In this document: piece by piece, positions 24,497 through 34,161 of the stretch
How the letters are laid out: each line of letters starts with the position of its first letter
Position numbering within the stretch: position 1 is the first letter of the stretch
NCBI RefSeq assembly: GCF_964355755.1
Contig: NC_092674.1
Location: 23,188,001-23,252,000, forward strand
Length of the DNA stretch: 64,000 bases
Reading direction: 5' to 3'
DNA from: Antedon mediterranea
Taxonomy: Eukaryota > Animalia > Echinodermata
The notes under the pieces: model-generated
What the model was told of the DNA's origin: nothing
Seen by the model: only the letters and a program-made list of their open reading frames with translations
Databases searched by the model: none
Program-made: the position numbers and the translations under genes

Positions 24497-27400
24497 TCAT
24501 AGTACTTCTCGAACAGACTTTCGGCAGTAACTTAACAACAGTTTTTCACCCTCAATAAGTAATACTTTCACCTCCATTTGTTTTGTTAAACTACAAAATA
24601 AATTGTAAAGTTTTAGCGATTTTAAACTAGCATTTTATTGCATTACAGTATATGAGAATTACCTCTGTCAAGGAGTAGGTTATGTGAGCAACTAGTTTAT
24701 TTGTCTGTATTTTGTGTGTTTGTCCATTTTTTTATTCTCTGTTTTTCAGTCTAAAATAGCCAAATTATGTTAAAAAAGTATGTTCAACATAGATATAAAT
24801 AATCAAATAATCAGAAATACTCCATCAAATTTGGATTACATAATAATAGTTTATGCACAATTGAAAAAATCACATTTTCAGTTATTCATAACCGGAAATC
24901 ATAATTAGATAATAGTTTGCCTAGGTCCCAGTATAGAACAACTGGACATTTTTGGTCAACGACCAACGTGGTACAGTCCACTGGTCCTAGGTCTTGGGAA
25001 ATCGAAATACTCCATCAAATTTTGATTACATAATAAATAGTTTATGCCTGATTGAAAAAAAGAATTTTGACTAATAAGAGCACATTTCAGGCTATATTTT
25101 AAGCGTTGTATCACATTTGTGCGCATGCACTGCGCAGGGCAAAAATACATAAATCCCATGTAATTTGATTTGGCCCCTGAATCATGATTCTCAATCTGTT
25201 TTCTCTTTTCACAGCAGAGGTTCCAACTCTCTTGTCTCTCTTTACCAAAATGAATGAGTAGATCACTTACCTACTGACACACTGGAACACGGCAGCAGCA
25301 TCTAGGCATTTGAGGAGCTTAGCACGATTGCGTTTTAGAATGGTAGCACTGAGGAACAGCTCAAAAGTAAAGTCTTTGTTCATGTTTGCACAATTATTGC
25401 GTTCTTTACCTATCAAGAAAACAAGTAATTAAGTTCGTTACTATGATAGTATTTAGTTTCAGACATTTAAATTTTAAAATTATGAATAAGAGGATTTATG
25501 AAAGCACAGCACATATCTTAAAATATGCATCCTCCATGTATGTATTTAATGTGTTGTATGTGGAAGATAAAGAACAACTGAATTGAACAAGTGACGGTGC
25601 TATAACTTAAATAAATAAATTTTTATTAAATCAAACTAATACGTAATAGAGGGTGCTATTAATCTAATGCGTAAGCATCTATAATAGACAATGGGTACTG
25701 TATGGCAGGTGTTTTCTCTGCATAATAAAAAGGAAAATGTGTTGGGCAACATCTTTTTACACATTTAGTTAAACTACTGTCCCCCAATAAATATTAAATA
25801 TATATTTTTTCCCAAAACAATTTGAATAAATTACACCTTAGCAAGAGGCTGACTGGAAATATCAGGAGAAATACTTTAGAGATTTTGTTGTACAAATTTC
25901 GCTATTTTTACATCAAACTTCAAATTCTATTTCTTTAAGGGGCAATTTCAAGTATTTATTTATACTTATAATTTAAAAGATAATTTATGAAAATTCTAAT
26001 AAAAATGAGAAATAATGTATTGACTGTTTTGGAAAAACCCCTTAAACTTAAAATTCAATTTTTTATAGCACTTTTGCAAGTATTTATAATACATAATAAT
26101 TATGAATATTCTGATAAAAATTTCTACAAATGAAAACTACTGTTTGTCTACTTTACCCGCTGATCGCTGGAAGTCTTTGGCAATTTCTTGCTGGCACACA
26201 CGTTCTGCCTCCAAGGAAGACAACTCCAAATGGTGACTGCTGATGATTTCAAACAAGTAGACAGCATCATCAAATTTAAACTCTCTCTTGAATGATAGTA
26301 GTAGCCACCTATGTAAAAGACACATTATAAAATAAGTACAATTACAGTAAAACCCTTTGGAACATTCTATTAAGGGGACACTGAACACTGAAATGAAAAA
26401 GGAGCAATGCTACAATCAACCTCTATTCAGGGGACACCTTATTGGTCTGAGGGTGTACCCCTAATAGGAGATCTACTGTATATAAAATTATATACTGTAA
26501 TAGTCTTCAGTTTGATTGAGGATTGAGAAATTTAAGCCCTCTATGGTACAGCATCAATAGAAAACTTTCAATTTGTGATGACTGACCTAGGTCAGGTCAT
26601 TTGATGTGTCATCGGCCGTCACCTGCACCTTGAAATCATCAAACCTGTATTGAGGTTGACTGACGAAATATCGGCATAGTTGGAGAAGCTTGTATTAATT
26701 GTAACATATAAGTCGACAGCGCATTGAGGACATTGTTCGGGGAATGCACTATACAAATACATTAACATTATATAGTGAACCTGTGCATTCATGCAGTGGA
26801 TCCAGATATTGAGGGGAAGAAGGCGAGTAGATATCAAAATTAAAATATGCATAAATACTAATACTATACCTGTGGCAAAACATGAGATCCCCCACTTCTA
26901 GAGAGTCGAGATGTTGCATTAATTCTAAATCTATCTCAGTTAAAAGATCTCTTAACAAATCTGAAATAAAAAAAATATATATTAAAATTATTAATTGAAA
27001 TATGAATACCATTAGGAATTAAAATTAAAATTCTTTATTGCAACCAGGGAAAAGCAAAATTACAATTTCACTCTTAATGTAATATGTAATTTCACTCTTC
27101 ATTGTTGCAACAGTTTTAAGCATTGTAGAATTATTAGATGGAGCACTTTTAAGCCACTTAAGTTTTCAAAATGTTCACTACAGCCAGTTAACTATTAACT
27201 AAATTTTAATTTCCTTGATGTCAAGCAAATACACTAGTGGAGTTGCAATTATGATATAAATTGGGAGATATTTCAAGATAATCATACATTGAAATGTCTT
27301 AATTGTTTCATCTGGATTGATTTTTGCCGATCTTAGAAGTTGTTCCATTCATCATCATCATCATAAGACATGACCACTCAGAACTATCAAACTATAATAT

Positions 27401-30400
27401 GCCCAAATATGGTATTGATATGACATCATCATGTCCATATATGGGAACATCAAATTTTTTTTGTAACATAAAGTTTGTTAGTGTAGACAGAGCTTTAATT
27501 ACACACGTTTTAAAGAAAAAATGTCCTATATAGTATTATTGAGTGTATTGTTGAACAAAGAGGTTATTTCATTAATCAAAAGCAAGATTTTTAAGTCTAG
27601 AATGCCGACTCAAATTCATAGGCAAAGGGTTAGAGTTCGCACATGCTACCCGCTCAGCCATGACAACCCCTCACAGCCCCTCATTCTCATAGCACAACAG
27701 TTAATTTTTAAAGGTTCTTGACCTTACCTAACTTTCTGGTCATACCCGATTCTAAGAAATCTGTATAGACGTTTTCTAAGTAGAGCGTAAAACACCAGTA
27801 CGCCTCGACTTCATCCTGCAGCACTACTAGAAATCGACTGAGAATGTCGTTCATTCCTTGAGCATAAGTTACATCTAAAATTGAAAATCAAGAAGATAAT
27901 CAAATCTTTCTATGGAAAGCAAAATCTGCCAAAATACAATTACAAATACACAAGGTACTATTACAAACACACCACATACTGTAACAAACACACAGTGTAC
28001 TCATAGAAAAAGACCACCAAAGACAAGCACAAAAAAGAACAACATGTTTCTACGAGTTTGTTCGTAATAGTATGTTTTTGTATGTTGTATTTGTATTAGT
28101 GCATTGTGTTTGTAGTATGTTTTTGTATATGTTTGTATAGTATTAGTTGTTGAAATTTTTGTTGGCTTTGGCTTTCCATAGTAATCTTCCCCAAAACATG
28201 AAAAATAAAGATAAAATCAAACATCATTATGGCAGTCTCAGATATTGATCATCAATCACAATCATGTAAAATAACAAAAAGGTTCCAAACTAGAAAAAAA
28301 CACATGAACTCTATGTAACAAAAGATCCACAAACGGTCAGAGAATAAACGAAAAGAAAATTCAGGAAGTCAAGTAAATGTTATTCCTGATATTAAATTTC
28401 TAATGTTTATTTTACAATATAAACACTTATATAACAGTACAACCCATTTATTTCATAAAACATTTGGTTGTTGATTTTGTATCTTGTGGTATTGGCAATT
28501 TTGTTCATACAATGTAAGAGTATATTCAATTAAATGGTTCTATTCAATGGTTAGCAGTGATGTAATGGCTATGAGCGCTCACTGGCTAAACCTAGGGGCC
28601 TCAGAGCATGAGCAGCCCAATGCTCAGCATTGGAGGGCCCTTAGGAGTGTTAAATCAGGGGCCTTTACCATGTGTGTTACACCACTGATGGCTAGCTTGT
28701 TGGGCCAAACAATAGGCTGATAAATAATGTAACACCGAAAATCAAGCTGTAGAGTGAAGAGTATATAATTGCTCTGTACCGTATGCAAAATATGAGCCCT
28801 GTCTTTTTTACATGACCTCTTGTTTTCTGGCATGTCACGTCATCTTAAAAAATATATCAACTATTCACATTATACACATACCTGGATGGAAGACAGCAAA
28901 CGTAATGAGAATGTCACGAAGAAGGACAAGGTTTGGGTTCTGGTCACCTCTAAACAAATATTACAATAAATCAATTTAAAATCAAGATGTTTATTAAGAT
29001 TAAATTGGCTCTGTTTGACAAAAAAAGTATGATGTGCCCAAATATGGTAGTAATATGAAATCATCATGTCCATATATAGGCACATCGCATTTTGTTGTCA
29101 CATAAATGTTGATAGCATACACAGAGCTTAAGAAATGTTAGATTTTGAGATGTGATGAAAAATAAAGATTAATAAAATCAGACTTTGACAAGGCCATTTT
29201 GCAGTTTTGATAAAGTTGTTGCAGTTACATTTTTGGTTTTAAACTACAGTTTTTAATGTACATAATTTTGTTATCAAGCTGGGATTTGACATTATAACAA
29301 AATATTTGTTGGATAGTTCTTTTTTCCCCTCATTTTTATTTTAGGCAAGCCAAGATATGACCACTGTAATTTACATTATATTGGAAAATAAAAGAAATCT
29401 GTATCATTGATCACATTTTAGATGAAAGTGAATAACTGTTAATTATGTAACATTAAAATGTCCTATTCAACAATTATTTTTTTCAGGTGGACAATATCTT
29501 TAAACAAACATACGCAAATAGTGGATGGTCTCTGTCTGTCCGTGGTACGTCTTTGTCGATGATTCGTATGTACTTTTTCATTAACTTATCAGAATTGCTG
29601 AGTGGCTGTCTATTTGCATAAATATCTCCTTGGAATTTTAATACTTCTTTGTGTGTTTCATCTATTTGTACATTATCTGAAATTATTGAAAAAAATACCA
29701 GTTTTTATATATTTTTACTAGTACTTTTAATTATTCAAGAATGACATTTTGAGTTGAATGAGCAGAGTATTTTCATGAGTTGACAGAAAGACTGTTGTCA
29801 ATGTACCCAGTGAAAAGTTTTTAACAATGAAAATATTCTCCCTATTTAATGAAAATAACCCATTCACTATTGGTTTTATAACATGCCTATGTTCTACTGT
29901 ATAGTAAAAATTGTTTTCAATTAATCAGCTATTTTATCTAGAACTAAGATTGATGGGAGAAAATGGAACAGTTTTGAACAGTCTTACCATCAATGTTGAC
30001 CTAACTTAGTCTAGGCATAACCAGGTCTAGACCTAACTGGTCTAAACCTAGCTACTGCAGACTGCCACTTACTGTATGTGACACAGTGTGCGAGTGTTTG
30101 CACATCAAATCAAAGTTTACCAAAATCCATAATGTATTTCATCTTCATTGTTTATGAGTTCCCACAATCATCATGTTGATTATCATCGAATGGTGTGATG
30201 GCAGTATCCACAGCTGGTTTAATGCCTGACCCAATGTATTTTACAGAGAGACTTGACAATACTTACTGCAATTTTGTCTGTCTGTCTGTAGTGACATGTA
30301 GTTTTTATGCATGTCGATCTCGTCTTCGGATCCTGGCGGACTCAAGAGCGTCAACACTTTCTTCCATCTTTCCTTCAACGCTTGATATTTAAAATAATAT

Positions 30401-31098
30401 TCTAGTTTCATTGTTTCTCGTTCTCTGTGAAAATAAAATGTATTGCGTTACTACTGTATACTATATTTAATAACGATGGTCAATTCACAAAAGTGCTATT
30501 ACCTTTAGCATCCATACTTTACCTTCTTGTTGACTGGAAAGGATAAAGTCCAAAAAGAAACTTCCAAACTTCACTTCTTATTTCTTTTTCAACTCCACCT
30601 ATATAAAAGATTATAAAATCTGTTAAAAATTTTATTTATATTTTCTGAAAGGATTTAAACATAAATTTTACAAAATTGTACATAGCGCTCCTCATTTATT
30701 TGATCAAACAAAATTTGTTAAATGACACATTTTTAATATATGAATTTATGGTCCTCCAAAAAATGTCTATAGATCAGTAGTATGACTATAGTAATTTAAA
30801 AAAGTATCTCTAAAAACTCACCACGGAATACTGCTTCTCTTAATAAATGTTCGTCGACTAGCCGACCATCTGTATCTAAATATGACTCGAATGTCTCCTT
30901 GTCCAAAGGATCTGTTCTTAGAGTTCCTTGATCCTCTGAGACAGATCTTTGCCATCTTTCAGGAAGAATCTGCTCATAAGAACTATCAAAACTAGTTGAT
31001 CTATACACAAAGACAAATTCCTCATCTTTTTCTCGACTCTCAGACATTTTCTTGTTGTTGTTATTGTTTCGAAACAAATTTCTACCCAGCTTGGCCAT
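24497..31098 (-). CDS. TBC (Tre-2/Bub2/Cdc16) domain Rab GTPase-activating protein, Gyp7/TBC1D15-16-17-25-like, about 454 aa, 10 coding exons
   Basis: Minus-strand exons: 31098-30822, 30598-30523, 30424-30267, 29676-29514, 28949-28882, 27874-27728, 26960-26870, 26308-26157, 25409-25271, 24590-24497 (TGA). Total 1365 nt in frame. Motifs: FRGGVEKEIRSEVWKFLFGLYP, IIDKDVPRTDR (R-finger), YAQGMNDI (Q-finger), EAYWCF, MFCHRWLLLSFKREF. Confidence 0.92.
26345..26478. mobile_element. Tc1/pogo-like MITE family C
   Basis: TA|CAGTAAAACCC...CTATTCAGGGGACACC...GATCTACTG|TA. Confidence 0.7.
27380..27494. mobile_element. MITE family A, partial copy
   Basis: ATGCCCAAATATGGT...GACATCATCATGTCCATATATGGG...GTGTAGACAGAGCT. 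Confidence 0.7.
29008..29128. mobile_element. MITE family A copy, followed by a partial family D copy to about 29500
   Basis: GCTCTGT...TGATGTGCCCAAATATGG...ACACAGAGCT, then GAAAAATAAAGATTAATAAAATCAGAC...GGACAATATCTTTAA. Confidence 0.7.
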
Positions 31099-31099
31099 T

Positions 31100-34000
31100 T
31101 AATACAAAACGATAAGTTGCTTTGTCAAATAGGCCTAGCCTTGGTCCCGTGACCACTCTTTATGATGGTTCTTCAGCTAGCGCCAGACCTGTTGCTCCGC
31201 GTGTTGTGGACAGTCAATCAATCAACCCTTTCTACTCTTCGGCCTACTATAAACTAGTTTACTATACTAGCCTCTAGCTAGGCCTCCTAGCTAGACACTT
31301 TAATTATTAGAAAAAGGTGAAGTTAAACTGGAAAAAAAAACACTACAAATGAATAATCTTTGTTCGTCAATCTTTATAACAGCATGTGTTAGAATGACTC
31401 AGACAATACCTGCTGACACACTACAGGTTTTAATCAAAGCACGTCCGCTCCATTACGTCCACCACCATCGTCGCCGATATTCGCGAAATAAAAACAAACT
31501 GCGTAAAAACAAGGCTAGAGGGCGCTACATAATGAAAGTCTAAACTTTAAATTAAAGGTGAGCTCCGGGTTTAAACCAGATAACCCCATTTATCTTGAAA
31601 TCTAGTTTTCTTATTGAAGAGATGATGTTGACAAGCAAGTATTATTTTTTAGACTAAAATGATGACTCGTGCGTTTTTATCGCGTTTTTTATAGCACAAG
31701 TGATAAACTAAATCCTATTTATTATCACAGCCTGTGCGCAACTACAACCAAAATGGGTATACTAGCGCACAGTGCTAAACTAAATCCTATTTATTATCCC
31801 TGTGCGCAAGTAAACCAAAATAGGTATGGTAGCGCAGAGTGCTAAACTAAATTTAGTTAGTAGCGCACAGTGCAACACTAAATCCTATTTATTATCACTC
31901 TGCTCTCAAGTACAACCGAAATAGGTATAGTAGCGCACAGTGCTAAACTAAATCCTATTTATCATCACCGTGCCCAAGTACAACCAAAATGGGTATAGTT
32001 AGTAGCGCACAGTGCTAACTATATCCTATTATCATCACCGTGCTCAAGTACAACCAAAATGGGTATAGTAGCGCACAGTGCTAAACTATATCCTATTTAT
32101 TATCACTGTGCTCAAAGTACAACCAAAATTGGTATCGTTACCGGGTAATTTTATTATAGAAAATAAGTATACGTAAAGGTAAAACGTACTGTACTCACGG
32201 TCGGGTCAAGGTATTAATCTCAGAGGAGTGTGACTGGTTGCTTTCATGGGTGCTAAAATTGCGGGACTGATCTGTACTGTATGAACAGTTTGAAAAATAG
32301 AACTGCTAGGTACGGTCCCCGGAAAATGCATGTACAGTATACTACTTGGAAATATGAAACGAAAATTATAAATATCCATGACCTATGACCCTATGGATGG
32401 TTGGGGCTGAGCTAAAAACATTTTGAAACTCTCGGAGCTAGCTGCACTTATAGGCCTACTTTGAAATGTCAGGAGTACAGTAGATAGAGGCCTAAAAATA
32501 AATAGATCAGTCGGTTAAATCAGTTTATTTATTATCAGTTAATCAGTTTATGACATGAATGAAACGTCTATTTTAGGTACCCCTTGGTACCAGAGGGGTA
32601 ATTGTCAATTAAAAAATCCGACGGGGGGATCTCCCGTAGAGTCCCCGCAACGCCAACACCAAACCTCACCCATCCTCATTACGGTACGCGAAAAAAGGAA
32701 AGATATGATAAGGGCCGGTTCTCAATTTCAATTCAAGGAAGGTTGCCTTGTGTCTTCAAGTTCAATAAACATTTATTTTAAAATGGTCAATTTTTTCATA
32801 CACAAACTATATTATAACAATACACAATAATCAACAATTTATATAAAACCATTCTAGGGATCAAAATTAGAAGTTAAACTTGTCTCACAATGACCCCCAA
32901 AAATAAAAAAGAAGAGAAGAGAACATAACGGTACCACCATTAACACAACACATAAAACGCATACAATTATTTAAAAAGTACAACATATTTAGTAGTCATT
33001 TGTCTTCCGATTAAAGAGTTGTAAATTCCTCTCAGCTCTCCAGTTGATGATTTTTATGGATTTAATGTTATAGCCTGGCTTAGACATTATAAAATTTTAT
33101 CTCTTTATTTTATTCAAAGCTTTGAAAAAAATGAAAAAAGAGATAATTTTTTTAAAAAGATGAATCACCCCTAGACTTGCCCCAAGTCTGTATTGTTTTT
33201 TTTTTTATTTATTTGTTTTTATTTCGACCGCGATTTTTATCCAAACTCAAGTAATACACGTATGAAACGCCATATGTGCAAAAATATTTATATTTTTACT
33301 AATACAGTATTAAGAAAAAACTCCGTCTGGAGCCCAGACTAAATCACCCCCTCAGTGTCCGGCCCATGCGATCATTCAGTCATCGCCATCATTCGCCCCG
33401 TCGCGATATCTAATTCTGGGTTTTTACCTTGAATAGTAGAAATGAATACGATATAAAACGGAATGACGGACATTAAATTATAATTAAGAGGTAGTGATAC
33501 TTTCTTTTGTTTTTATGATTTAAATCTAATTGGTAAACTAGTAGCAAATATATTCTAAGAAACAAATAAAACTCGTTTTCTTGACCTTCCCTTTTGAAGG
33601 GCTAGGCCTACCTTGGCACCTGTCGTTGCGTCCGAACCGTGCTATAATCACATATTATGTGGTTATATACTGTACGATCCGTCATATACGTCCTACCAAT
33701 CCTAGGCCCGGCCTAGCTAGTAGGCCTAGGCCTATCCTAAACTTGTTATTTATTGATTGAGTCATTGAGGCCCTCCATATTTATATTATTATAAGTATAA
33801 TATATATAACTTAGGCCTAAGAAAATTATTATAGTTTAGTTACCCACTACTGTAGCCCTAGGGCTAACTGACATGCATTCTAATCTAGCTAGGCCTAGGG
33901 TCTATATATTGTTATAGTCCAAAGGTTTTGACAACGTTTTTAATGTTGCACATGCACCTATAGACTATGGTTTATTCAATGCTTTTCTAATCGTACAGTA

Positions 34001-34137
34001 CAATAAAACATATCTTAATAATAATAATGAACGAATGAACTGAAATGAATCATGACAGAGTATTCCCGCTAGAATCTGCGCCAGCGGGATATAGATTGAT
34101 TATTAATATGATTGAAATTATTTTCTTTTTTATTAAG
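31100..34137. promoter_or_regulatory. Divergent (head-to-head) upstream region between the TBC gene and HERC2, probably holding both promoters and a non-coding first exon of HERC2
   Basis: Start codons point apart at 31098 (-) and 34162 (+). CpG-richer patches lie at about 31430-31530 and 33350-33420. The HERC2 ATG exon is preceded by a splice acceptor (TTTTCTTTTTTATTAAG, ending 34137), implying an upstream UTR exon; a candidate donor is GAG|gtagt at 33490. Confidence 0.6.
31692..32137. repeat. About 68-bp minisatellite, about 6.5 diverged copies
   Basis: Unit TAGCGCACAGTGCTAAACTAAATCCTATTTATTATCACCGTGCTCAAGTACAACCAAAATGGGTATAG. Confidence 0.92.
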
Positions 34138-34161
34138 ATGTGTACTGGAAGATAGAGCAAC

